From positions 1-51,176 of the forward strand of contig CANPZX010000002.1 of assembly GCA_947589195.1 (NCBI GenBank): a DNA stretch of 51,176 nt, in the 5' to 3' direction. A program made the position numbers and the translations under genes. This document shows positions 1-9,275 of this stretch, one piece after another. Source of the stretch: an uncultured Bacilli bacterium (GTDB taxonomy: Bacteria; Bacillota_I; Bacilli_A; RF39; UBA660). The notes beneath the pieces are model-generated. The model saw nothing but the letters and a program-made list of their open reading frames with translations. It did not search any database and was not told where the DNA came from. The first letter of the stretch is position 1. Every line of letters starts with the position of its first letter.

Positions 1-40
1 ATTTGGTTGTCTCACAAACCCTTATAAATAAAGGGTTTCA

Positions 41-146
41 ACAAAAATGGAGCGCTATTGCGCTCCTTCAGGGGGTTTTGGTTGATCCATTCTCACACAA
101 AATCGTAAGAACGATCGAAAGGTTAGCATGACAAACTATCATGCTA
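41..146 (-). ncRNA. Candidate small RNA (two hairpins, C-rich linker, intrinsic terminator)
   Basis: Minus-strand TTGACA (175-180), 17 bp spacer, TATCAT (152-157). Hairpins UAGCAUGA..UCAUGCUA and AUCGU-UCUU-ACGAU. Terminator GGAGCGC-AAUA-GCGCUCC followed by AUUUUUG. No ORF. Confidence 0.55.
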
Positions 147-151
147 TCTAA

Positions 152-180
152 ATGATATAATGATTTTTTTTCTTTGTCAA
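152..180 (-). promoter_or_regulatory. SigA-type promoter
   Basis: TTGACA-N17-TATCAT on the minus strand. Confidence 0.65.
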
Positions 181-265
181 ACAAATTCCTCTTAAAAAAA
201 TTAGTTTCTTAAAATATGACGTTAACTAATAATAAAATAAATGTAAATTTACATTTACTTTATTA

Positions 266-892
266 TTATTCTTCTAAATCTTTGTCTTTAAGTTTTATAA
301 GTTCATTATAATATAGAACTTCTGAAGTACTTATATAAGGTATTACATAAATATAAGCTATCCCAAAAGTAATTGCTCCTAGTAACATCCAGCCAATGAA
401 ACTTAAAATAAAAACAAAATAATCAAATTTATAACCATTCATTAATTTTTTACTCATACTAAGATATTCCATTGGTTGTTTACCCGGCTTATCAATATAT
501 AAATAATAAACCATGGAATAAGATAAAGCCGCGATAATACCAGGAACAATAAACAACAGACCCCACAATAAAGTAAATAAGGACATAAGTAATGAAATAG
601 CAACAATTGGTAAAACTTCACTAACATACTTAAATAAATCATGATAACTATAACTTTCACCACGAACAATCTTTAATAAATAGCTAATTAAACCCACTGA
701 TAATGTAGATATAAATAATGACGCTACAAAAGTTAAAGCTAACCCAATGTTACTTTTATCACCAAATATTAATAAAATAAGAAATGATATAACTGAATCA
801 AGCCCCACAACGATTAACTCACCTAGCCAAAGATCTTTAAATTTATTTTTTACTATTTCTTTCGCTTTGTTTTTAATTTCAACTCTATTCAT
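266..892 (-). CDS. DUF975 family integral membrane protein
   Basis: Motifs LWGLLFIVPGIIAALSYSM and SKKLMNGYKFDYFVFILSFIGW; GGAGG RBS upstream. Confidence 0.85.
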   Translation of the reverse strand: MNRVEIKNKAKEIVKNKFKDLWLGELIVVGLDSVISFLILLIFGDKSNIGLALTFVASLFISTLSVGLISYLLKIVRGESYSYHDLFKYVSEVLPIVAISLLMSLFTLLWGLLFIVPGIIAALSYSMVYYLYIDKPGKQPMEYLSMSKKLMNGYKFDYFVFILSFIGWMLLGAITFGIAYIYVIPYISTSEVLYYNELIKLKDKDLEE

Positions 893-936
893 TTGTTAAC
901 CTCCTCCTAATTAATATTATAATTTAGGGAACTTAT

Positions 937-2925
937 TTAATCAAGATTTGTTAAATTATTTAAGATATTTTGATATTTTTTATTATTTTCATATAAACCT
1001 TTCATTAAGAAATCATTACTATCTTCTTTCGCTTGTAATAATATTTTGAAATCTCTTTTTAAATCAGCAATTTTAAAAACCATATCACCACTTTGTTTGG
1101 TGCCAAATAAATCTCCTTCGCGGCGCATTAAAAAGTCCTGTTCACTAATATAAAAACCATCATTACTTTCTTCTAAAACTTTTAAACGTTTTGTATCATC
1201 ATATTTAGTAATTAAATAGCAATAACTTTCTAAACTATTTCTCCCGACCCGTCCTCTTAATTGATGAAGAGTTGCTAAACCATACATTTCCGCATTAAAA
1301 ATTACAATAGTCGTGGCATTAGAAACATCGACTCCTACTTCAATTACCGTCGTAGCAATTAAAACTTTAATATCACCATTTTTAAAATCATTCATAATCT
1401 TTTCTTTTTCTTTAGGTTTTACTTTACCATGTAATATTTCCATAGGTACTTTACCATTAAAAGCAGTATTAAAACTTTCTTTTAAAGAAACGACATCATG
1501 TACATCTCTTGTTTCATTTTCTTCTATCGCTGGGGCAACAACATATATTTGATGACCAAGTTTTAGTTCTTCCCAAAGACTTTGTAAAACACTTTTTAAT
1601 TCACTTTCTTTTTTTATCATGGTTTTAATTTCTTTGCGTCCATTCGGTTTTGTTTTTATTAAACTAGTATCCATATCCTTGTAAATAACTAAGGCATAAG
1701 TTCTGGGAATGGGAGTAGCACTCATATAAATAATGTCAGGCATATAACCTTTACTTTGAAATATATTTCTTTGATTAACCCCAAAGCGATGCTGTTCATC
1801 TGTAATTACTAAACCTAATTTTTTAAATTCCACATTACTACTTAATAAAGCATGGGTTCCAATTAAAATATCAATTTCACCCTTTTTTAATCTTGCTAAA
1901 ATATTTTCTTTTTCTTTTTTAGTTTGACTACCAGTTAGTAATTCTACACAGACATTAAAATCTTTTAATAATTTTTGGATACTCATAAAGTGTTGGGTAG
2001 CTAAAATTTCTGTCGGTGCCATCAAAGCACTTTGATATCCTGATAAAAAATTGGCATAAGATGCAATGGTGGCAACAATTGTTTTGCCACTTCCAACATC
2101 ACCTTCGATTAAACGATTCATTCTTTTTTTACTTCTTAAATCATTTAAACAAGCCGTGATGGCTTCTTGTTGATCACTCGTTAAAGTAAAAGGTAAACTG
2201 GTAATTAATTTTTTCACATCCTCATTTATAAATTCATGAGTTAAACCATTCATTTGAGAATTCTTAATTTTTAAATAATTTATTTTCAACATAAAAACAA
2301 AAAATTCTTCATAAATAAGCCTTAATTTAGCCTTTTTTAAGTTGGTAATATCTTCCGGGTTATGGATAATTTCTAAAGCTTCTTTTTTCGAAATAAAATT
2401 ATATTTTTCCCTAATATGTTCGGGAATATAGTCAACTATTTCAGGGTTTTCTTTTAAAGCATTTAAAATAATATCATTTAATTCTTTATTTTTAATATTT
2501 TTATCTTTATGATAAATCGGTTCTATTTTGGGATTAAGGGTTTTAGAAAGACGAATATCACTAGCAACAAAATTATTTTTTTTGCTATCATATTTTCCGA
2601 CTAAAGTAATTTCTTTACCTAAACTTAAGTTTTTTTTTATAAAAGCCCGATTAAAAATAACCACATTTACTAAATTATTGGAAGTATTTACTTTAAAAGA
2701 TAAACGATTTAAATTTTTTTTAATAAAAAAAACTTTAGGTTCAGTATCAATTGTTGCATTAATCGTAATCGTCGTGTTTTCGGGAGCATCTTTAATATTA
2801 ATGGGATTATAAACATTATAACGATACGGATAATTGTTTATTAAATCTTGAATGGTATAGATACCTAATTTATTTAAATTAGTAATCGTTTTGGGTCCAA
2901 CTTTTTTAATATCCATAAGTTCCAT
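937..2925 (-). CDS. recG: ATP-dependent DNA helicase RecG
   Basis: MNRLIEGDVGSGKT, DEQHRFGVNQR, MSATPIPRT, LHQLRGRVGR, GDLFGTKQSG motifs. Confidence 0.97.
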   Translation of the reverse strand: MELMDIKKVGPKTITNLNKLGIYTIQDLINNYPYRYNVYNPINIKDAPENTTITINATIDTEPKVFFIKKNLNRLSFKVNTSNNLVNVVIFNRAFIKKNLSLGKEITLVGKYDSKKNNFVASDIRLSKTLNPKIEPIYHKDKNIKNKELNDIILNALKENPEIVDYIPEHIREKYNFISKKEALEIIHNPEDITNLKKAKLRLIYEEFFVFMLKINYLKIKNSQMNGLTHEFINEDVKKLITSLPFTLTSDQQEAITACLNDLRSKKRMNRLIEGDVGSGKTIVATIASYANFLSGYQSALMAPTEILATQHFMSIQKLLKDFNVCVELLTGSQTKKEKENILARLKKGEIDILIGTHALLSSNVEFKKLGLVITDEQHRFGVNQRNIFQSKGYMPDIIYMSATPIPRTYALVIYKDMDTSLIKTKPNGRKEIKTMIKKESELKSVLQSLWEELKLGHQIYVVAPAIEENETRDVHDVVSLKESFNTAFNGKVPMEILHGKVKPKEKEKIMNDFKNGDIKVLIATTVIEVGVDVSNATTIVIFNAEMYGLATLHQLRGRVGRNSLESYCYLITKYDDTKRLKVLEESNDGFYISEQDFLMRREGDLFGTKQSGDMVFKIADLKRDFKILLQAKEDSNDFLMKGLYENNKKYQNILNNLTNLD

Positions 2926-2998
2926 AAATTTGTACTTCCTTTATAATTAAATTATAACAAAACTTACGATAATTTTTAATATTTTTGCGAAAAAAATG

Positions 2999-3027
2999 TT
3001 GACAAATTACTTAACTTTGATTAGTAT
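2999..3027 (+). promoter_or_regulatory. SigA-type promoter divergent from recG
   Basis: TTGACA (2999-3004), 17 bp spacer, TAGTAT (3022-3027); no ORF downstream. Confidence 0.7.
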
Positions 3028-3032
3028 ATATC

Positions 3033-3130
3033 TCACCAATTCACCAAAAGGCGAATTGGTGCTAGTATCACACTAGTCAACCCCTTTTTATTCTTTTAGA
3101 AGCTGTCTTCAGGGGGCAGCTTCAGTTTGT
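3033..3130 (+). ncRNA. Candidate small RNA (two hairpins, CCCCUUUUU linker, terminal hairpin)
   Basis: Hairpins CACCAAUUCACC-AAAA-GGCGAAUUGGUG, CUAGU-AUCAC-ACUAG and GAAGCUGUC..GGCAGCUUC directly after a consensus promoter. Confidence 0.55.
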
Positions 3131-3138
3131 GGAATGAT

Positions 3139-3177
3139 AAACGTTGTTAAGTTTTATTTTAGCTTAACAACGTTTTT
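3139..3177. terminator. Bidirectional intrinsic terminator after the PFOR gene
   Basis: Inverted repeat AAACGTTGTTAAG...CTTAACAACGTTTTT. Confidence 0.75.
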
Positions 3178-3182
3178 GTTTT

Positions 3183-6100
3183 TTAGTTATTTATTAATTT
3201 TTGATAATATTCATATCTTTGCATTGCCGCTTCTTTATTTAAATCAAGTAAAGTTTTGGCTAAAGAGGCATCTTTTATTTTTAAAGCATGAAATCTAGTT
3301 TCGTTATCTAAAAATTCCGAATATTTCGAAAAATCTGGTTTAGCTGAATCAAAATATAATTTTTCTTCTTGAGGATTATAATGCATTAGAAGTTGATAAC
3401 CACATTCGACAGCGAGTTTTTGTTCACTGGTTGTACAAGATAAGCCATTTTTAATACCATGTTCAACACATGGAGCATAAGCAATGACAATACTTGGGCC
3501 ATCATGGTTTTCCGCTTCGGTTAAAACTTTAATGGCTTGTATAAAGTTAGCGCCCAAAGAGATAGCTCCAACATAACAATTAGGATAACACATGGCTATT
3601 TTGAATAAATCTTTTTTCGCCGTTTTTTTACCAAAATCAGCAAATTCAGCTACTTGACCAATCGTAGATGATTTAGACATTTGACCACCAGTATTTGAAT
3701 ATACCTCAGTATCTAAGACTAAGATTTTTATTTTCTCATTACTTGATAAAATATGATCAATACCGCCAAAACCAATATCATAAGCCCAACCATCGCCACC
3801 AATAGCCCAGACGCTGCGACTAGGTAAATAGTTTAAAAGATTTTGTAAGTCTTTAGGGATCGTCATTTTACTTAAGTCTTCTTTTAATCTACTAGTAATG
3901 GTAAAATCATCAGGATTTTCCAAATATTCTTGATATTTAACTTTTACTTCATCATCTACTAAAGGTAGGGATTGTTCCATAATAGCTTTTATTTGGTTTC
4001 TTTTTTGTTTGTAGGATAAATACATACCATAAGCAAATTCGGCATTATCTTCAAATAAACTATTAGCCCACGGAATTAAATATGGTGTAGATGGAACACT
4101 TCCCCCATAAATACTTGAGCAACCCGTAGCATTAGCAATGATAAGTTTTTTCCCAACAATTTGGGTTAATAACCGAATGTATGATGTTTCACCACATCCG
4201 GCACAAGCTCCAGGAAATTCAAATAAAGGTTTAACAAAACTCAAATCTTTAGGAGTATTTTTCTCTTTAACAATTGGATTTTCATATTCATTAAAATAAT
4301 AATTACTTACTTTTTGATTTTCTTTAGAATATGGACCAAATTCTAAAGCTTTTTTTCCTTTTAAACCCGGACAAATATTAAGGCATAAGCCACAACTAGT
4401 ACAATCTTCTTCACTAATACTTACTAAATAATTATATTTATCATCCCCGATTAAAGGTTTTCCGATATTTTTATCTAATGTTTTAAAGCTTCTAATCACG
4501 GCATGAGGACAAACAAAACTACATAAACCACATTCACTACAATTTTCTGGTAGCCATTTAGCTACCTTATCCGCAGTTTTACGTTTTTCATTTTTTGCTA
4601 ATCCGCCCGGGAAAGTACCATCTTTAAAACTTAAGCAATCACTTACTTTTAAAGTATTACCTAGACGATGATTAATTTTAGTAAAGACATCATCATCCCA
4701 ATTTATTTCTACTTCTTCTTCATTTAACTTCACTTTATAAATTTCTTCTAAACTATTTCTAATGGCTTTTAAGTTATTATTAATAACTTCTTCCCCTTTA
4801 TTTTTAAAATCATCTTGAATAGTTTTACTTACTAACTCTAAAGCATTTTTTATCCCTAGTAGTTTTAGAATAACGACTTCCATTATTTTATTAATTTTAC
4901 CTTTAATACCACTTGTAAGGGCGATATCACTAGCATCAATAACTAAAACTGTAATATTTCTTTCTTTAATTATTTTTTTATCATGACTACTAATTTTATG
5001 ATTTAATTCTTTAGCATTAGTCGTGTTAATAAGTAAGGTTCCATCTTCCTTGATATTATCTAACATATGATATTTTAAAAAGTATTCATCTTTTGTCACA
5101 ACAACTAAATTAGGATTAGTACAATAATAAGGAGCTTCAACATTTTCTTCTTTTATTCTTAAATTACTTACTGTTAGGCCTCCACTTTTTTTCGAATCAT
5201 ATTCAAAATAACCATCTACATATTTATTTTGTTCTAAAGCAACTAATTTTAATATGGATTTACTAGCACTTACCATGCCATCGCTACCAAAACCATAAAT
5301 AACGATTTCGGAGGCCTTTAAATCAATATTATAATCAAATTTGGGTAATGATAGATGGGTGACATCATCGATAATTCCAATTGTAAAGTTATTTTGTAAA
5401 GTAGATTCTAGCATTTTGTAAACACTGTAAATATCGGCTGGGGTGGTATTTTTACTAGAAATTCCATATCTTCCACCGACGATATGACAACCCATATCTT
5501 TAAGAGCAGCAAGACAGTCAAGATATAATGGTTCACCAATGCTTCCACTTTCTTTAGTTCGATCTAAGACAGCAATATTTTTTACAGTTTTAGGGATAAC
5601 TTTAGTTAAGTATTCTTGACTAAATGGCCGATATAAATGCACTTCTACTAAACCAATTTTTTGATTATGTTTTAATTCTTCATTTATAACTAATTTAATT
5701 GTATCACAGACACTACCCATGGCAATGATTATATTCTCGGCATCAGGACTTCCATAATAATTAAAAGGTGCATAACTGGTATGAGCAAATTCATTAACTT
5801 TTTGCATATAGTTATTAACAATATCCGGAATTTTTAAATAATCTTGGTTTCTGGCTTCGATGGTTTGAAAATAGATATCTTCATTAAATGCTAAACCTTT
5901 TTCAATAGGATTATTGATATTTAAGGCTCGATTTTTAAATTGAGTTAATTTATCTTGATTAATAAGTTTTAAGAAGTTAGCCTCATCAATAGAATCAAGG
6001 GTTGTAAGGGCATGTGAGGTTCTAAATCCATCAAAAAAGTGTAAAAATGGTAAACTGCCTTCTATAGCACTAAGATGGGCAATTCCGCCAAGAAGATAAG

Positions 6101-6536
6101 CATCTAAAGCATTGGTGGACGCTAGTATACAAAAACCAGTACTTCTAGTCGCATAAATATCACTATGGTCCCCAAAGATACTTAAGCCATGAGTCGCAAT
6201 AGTTCGAGAAGCTACATGGATAACTCCGGGAAGCATTTCCCCAGCAATTTTATACATATTGGGAATCATTAAAAGTAAACCTTGACTAGCGGTAAAGGTA
6301 CTAGCTAGGGAACCACTTATTAAAGCGCCGTGCAGGCATCCAGCCGCCCCCGCTTCACTTTGCATTTCCACTAGTTCAACTTTGTTATTAAATAAATTTT
6401 TTTTATCCGTATGATTTAAATAATCAATATTAGAAGCCATGGGACTAGATGGAGTTATGGGATATATCGAAGCAACCTCACTAAATAAAAAAGCTATTTT
6501 TGAACATTCTTGATTAGCATCTGTAACAATTCGCAT
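3183..6536 (-). CDS. nifJ: Pyruvate:ferredoxin/flavodoxin oxidoreductase
   Basis: YPITPS, EMQSEAGAAG, FTASQGLLLMIPNMYKIAGE, two CxxCxxCxxxCP ferredoxin motifs, GACAGCGE, GGDGWAYDIG TPP motif. Confidence 0.96.
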   Translation of the reverse strand: MRIVTDANQECSKIAFLFSEVASIYPITPSSPMASNIDYLNHTDKKNLFNNKVELVEMQSEAGAAGCLHGALISGSLASTFTASQGLLLMIPNMYKIAGEMLPGVIHVASRTIATHGLSIFGDHSDIYATRSTGFCILASTNALDAYLLGGIAHLSAIEGSLPFLHFFDGFRTSHALTTLDSIDEANFLKLINQDKLTQFKNRALNINNPIEKGLAFNEDIYFQTIEARNQDYLKIPDIVNNYMQKVNEFAHTSYAPFNYYGSPDAENIIIAMGSVCDTIKLVINEELKHNQKIGLVEVHLYRPFSQEYLTKVIPKTVKNIAVLDRTKESGSIGEPLYLDCLAALKDMGCHIVGGRYGISSKNTTPADIYSVYKMLESTLQNNFTIGIIDDVTHLSLPKFDYNIDLKASEIVIYGFGSDGMVSASKSILKLVALEQNKYVDGYFEYDSKKSGGLTVSNLRIKEENVEAPYYCTNPNLVVVTKDEYFLKYHMLDNIKEDGTLLINTTNAKELNHKISSHDKKIIKERNITVLVIDASDIALTSGIKGKINKIMEVVILKLLGIKNALELVSKTIQDDFKNKGEEVINNNLKAIRNSLEEIYKVKLNEEEVEINWDDDVFTKINHRLGNTLKVSDCLSFKDGTFPGGLAKNEKRKTADKVAKWLPENCSECGLCSFVCPHAVIRSFKTLDKNIGKPLIGDDKYNYLVSISEEDCTSCGLCLNICPGLKGKKALEFGPYSKENQKVSNYYFNEYENPIVKEKNTPKDLSFVKPLFEFPGACAGCGETSYIRLLTQIVGKKLIIANATGCSSIYGGSVPSTPYLIPWANSLFEDNAEFAYGMYLSYKQKRNQIKAIMEQSLPLVDDEVKVKYQEYLENPDDFTITSRLKEDLSKMTIPKDLQNLLNYLPSRSVWAIGGDGWAYDIGFGGIDHILSSNEKIKILVLDTEVYSNTGGQMSKSSTIGQVAEFADFGKKTAKKDLFKIAMCYPNCYVGAISLGANFIQAIKVLTEAENHDGPSIVIAYAPCVEHGIKNGLSCTTSEQKLAVECGYQLLMHYNPQEEKLYFDSAKPDFSKYSEFLDNETRFHALKIKDASLAKTLLDLNKEAAMQRYEYYQKLINN

Positions 6537-6590
6537 TTTATCAGTCTCCTATCATCTAAATTTTAACAAAATTTAAATAAAGTAGCAATA

Positions 6591-7100
6591 TTATGAAGAC
6601 TTATTTAAAGAATTTTGTTCTAAAAGTAAAAGTTTTCTCTTTAGATCTAACCCACCAGCATAACCAGTTAAAGAACCATCAGAACCTATAACCCGATGGC
6701 AAGGGATTATTATAGATATAGGATTTTTACTTATCGCATTTCCGATAGCTTGATTAGCCATCTTTTTATTGGTTATCGCCATATATTTTTCTTTAATGTC
6801 TTTATAGGTGGTAGTCTCACCATAAGGAATAGTTTTTAAAATTTCCCAGACTTCTTTTTGAAATAAAGTACCGATAGGTTGTAAATTTAAGATATTAATA
6901 TGAGGATTTTCACCTCTAAAATAAGCATCTAACCATTTTTTTACTATTTTAAAAATAGGTAAATTATCTTTCTTAATTAAATTTTCCTTTACTTTGGAGC
7001 AAAAATATTTTTGCTTTTCTATCCATAAACCAACTAAGGATTCGCCATCACTTACTAAAGTTATTAAACCAACTACTGTTTTATAAGTTGTATAATACAT
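6591..7100 (-). CDS. ogt: Methylated-DNA--protein-cysteine methyltransferase
   Basis: NPISIIIPCHRVIG active-site motif; GSLTGYAGGL. Confidence 0.95.
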   Translation of the reverse strand: MYYTTYKTVVGLITLVSDGESLVGLWIEKQKYFCSKVKENLIKKDNLPIFKIVKKWLDAYFRGENPHINILNLQPIGTLFQKEVWEILKTIPYGETTTYKDIKEKYMAITNKKMANQAIGNAISKNPISIIIPCHRVIGSDGSLTGYAGGLDLKRKLLLLEQNSLNKSS

Positions 7101-7140
7101 TATTTCACCTTCAAAACTAAAATTATTATATAGAAAACCT

Positions 7141-7169
7141 AAAAAAAAGACAACTTTGTTGCCTTTTTT
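7141..7169 (-). terminator. Intrinsic terminator downstream of hsp20
   Basis: AAAAAAAGACAAC-TTT-GTTGCCTTTTTT. Confidence 0.65.
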
Positions 7170-7178
7170 AAATACTAC

Positions 7179-7589
7179 TTAATCTTCAATTTCGATGCAT
7201 TTTTTAGTTTGTTCTTCTTTATATTCTTTTTTAGGTAATGTAATATCTAAAATACCATTTTTAAATGAAGCTTTAATATCTTCTTCGGTAATTTCATCAC
7301 CTACATAGAAACTTCTTTGATATTCGCCACTATATCTTTCCCGACGAATAAATTTACCTTCTTCTTTTTCTTCATTATCACTAGAAGTTTTCGCACTGAT
7401 AGTTAAATAGCCATTATCAATTTCCAATTTAATGTTTTCTTTATTAAGTCCCGGTAAATCGACAATTAATTCATAATTATTGTCATGCTCCTTAATATCA
7501 GTTTTCATCATCTTCGTATTCTCTTTGAAAAAAGAATCATCAAAAAAGTCATCAAATACATCAAAATTTCTTCTTGGTACTAACATCAT
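7179..7589 (-). CDS. Hsp20/alpha-crystallin small heat-shock protein (start moved to 7589)
   Basis: MKTDIKE, DLPG, RRERYSGEYQRSF, ASFKNGILDITLPK; AAAGGA RBS precedes ATG at 7589. Confidence 0.93.
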   Translation of the reverse strand: MMLVPRRNFDVFDDFFDDSFFKENTKMMKTDIKEHDNNYELIVDLPGLNKENIKLEIDNGYLTISAKTSSDNEEKEEGKFIRRERYSGEYQRSFYVGDEITEEDIKASFKNGILDITLPKKEYKEEQTKKCIEIED

Positions 7590-7682
7590 AATTATCATTC
7601 CTTTCACATGTGCGCTTGCACGATTGTAGGTGCACATAATATAATTTTAATACCATAGGATTTTTCTTTTTCCTACGATTAA

Positions 7683-7724
7683 ATAATAGCACTACTATTA
7701 GCACTTGTCAATAGTAAGTGCTAA
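7683..7724 (-). promoter_or_regulatory. CIRCE (HrcA operator) overlapping the SigA promoter of hsp20
   Basis: TTAGCACTT-N9-AAGTGCTAA at 7698-7724 (consensus TTAGCACTC-N9-GAGTGCTAA); TTGACA (7706-7711)-N17-TATTAT (7683-7688). Confidence 0.9.
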
Positions 7725-7729
7725 TTTTT

Positions 7730-8614
7730 TTAATCATTAGCGGCCTTAGATATTTCTTCAATAGATTTTTGATTATTTTGTAAAAGAGCAGCACTTGTCC
7801 AACTAGAAGTTAAGCCAAAATCAATATAAATTAATTGCCCAGACATATAAGAACAAATATCACTACCAATTACCACTAAAGGATAACCCATATCTTCAGG
7901 TTTGGCAGCATAGCCATTCCAACTTTTTAAGAAGATATTATTAATCATTTCTTCGCCCTCTTTTTCATTGCCACTTGGGCTAGTTGATTTATTAAAGTCT
8001 TCGGTTAGCCCAGTAATAGTATCCCCTGGATTAATCGCATTTAAACGGATTTTTTTATTAATAAATTCCGGACTCATACATTTATAGGTTACATATGATT
8101 CTAAACATTGTTTAGCAAAAACATAAGCACTCTCTATTAAATCAGGATGATTTTCATACCAAGCCATAGCTTCATCCCAAGTTTTTAAATTAATAAGTTC
8201 CACAGCTTTGTCATATACTTGTTGCCAACCAAAACCACCAACAGATGAGATAAAGGTAATAGAACCATGTTCACTCATCCTAGGTAGTAAAGAATCAGCC
8301 ATATATTTTTGGCTATAAAAGTTTACTTTTTGAACTTGTAATTCTTTTCCGGGAAAATAAGCTATCCCATGACATAAAAAGATGGCATCAATTTTTTCTG
8401 GTAATTCCCTCATTACTTTATCAATTTCTTCTTTTTTACTTAAATCTGCCTGAAAAGCTTCTTTTACTGGTAAATCAATAGGATTAATATCGATAGCATA
8501 AACATTAGCCCCGAGTTCTAGTAATAATTCTGTAGCACTACGACTCATGCCCGATGCCGCGCCAGTTATTACGACATTTTTTCCTTCATAACCAAATAAT
8601 TTTTTTAAATCCAT
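7730..8614 (-). CDS. Short-chain dehydrogenase/reductase (3-alpha-HSD/carbonyl reductase-like subtype)
   Basis: TGAASGM Rossmann motif, catalytic YVFAK, IRLNAINPG, long insertion before the catalytic Tyr. Confidence 0.85.
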   Translation of the reverse strand: MDLKKLFGYEGKNVVITGAASGMSRSATELLLELGANVYAIDINPIDLPVKEAFQADLSKKEEIDKVMRELPEKIDAIFLCHGIAYFPGKELQVQKVNFYSQKYMADSLLPRMSEHGSITFISSVGGFGWQQVYDKAVELINLKTWDEAMAWYENHPDLIESAYVFAKQCLESYVTYKCMSPEFINKKIRLNAINPGDTITGLTEDFNKSTSPSGNEKEGEEMINNIFLKSWNGYAAKPEDMGYPLVVIGSDICSYMSGQLIYIDFGLTSSWTSAALLQNNQKSIEEISKAAND

Positions 8615-8682
8615 TAAAATTCCCTCCTTATTATTGGTTATTTTAAGTATACCACTTTTTAAGAAAATTATAAAAAAATAAT

Positions 8683-9198
8683 TTAGTCAAGATCAATACG
8701 TCTACCTTTTTCACAATGATTATAAAATTCTCGTACAGAAATATGAGACTTTGGTTTTTCATATTCATATAGTATTAGATTTTCGCGATTATACTGTTTA
8801 TTTAATTCATATTTTATAAATTTATCTTTAATATCTAATAATAAATCCCTTTCTAAATCATATTCATGAATTCCTCTAAATCTTTCCCAAGAATGTTCAA
8901 ACCAATAATATTTACCATTTTTGGTATAAGTTAAAAAAGTATGAGTTGGACATTTATTATCATCATAATGAACAATAAAATATGTTTTTATGGACCACCC
9001 TTGGAAATAATATCTTTCAAGTTCTACTTGATCCCAGCAGACACCAACTTTATTTGTTATTATTTCCTTAAAAGATTGAAGAATATAATTATCGGAAAAT
9101 GATCCATCTATATGATAGTGTTTATTATAATCTTTATCCAACCAACCATATTCAATATTATTCATTAAATCCATAATTTCCCATTCATTTAAGTTCAT
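8683..9198 (-). CDS. Hypothetical protein, possible transglutaminase/papain-like fold
   Basis: GVCWDQVELER...THTF...WFEHSW gives a Cys-His-Glu arrangement. Confidence 0.55.
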   Translation of the reverse strand: MNLNEWEIMDLMNNIEYGWLDKDYNKHYHIDGSFSDNYILQSFKEIITNKVGVCWDQVELERYYFQGWSIKTYFIVHYDDNKCPTHTFLTYTKNGKYYWFEHSWERFRGIHEYDLERDLLLDIKDKFIKYELNKQYNRENLILYEYEKPKSHISVREFYNHCEKGRRIDLD

Positions 9199-9275
9199 TA
9201 TAACACCTCTATTACTTAATATAATTTAAGAGTAATTATATTGTCAACACTTTGAATATAATTACTTTATTATGA

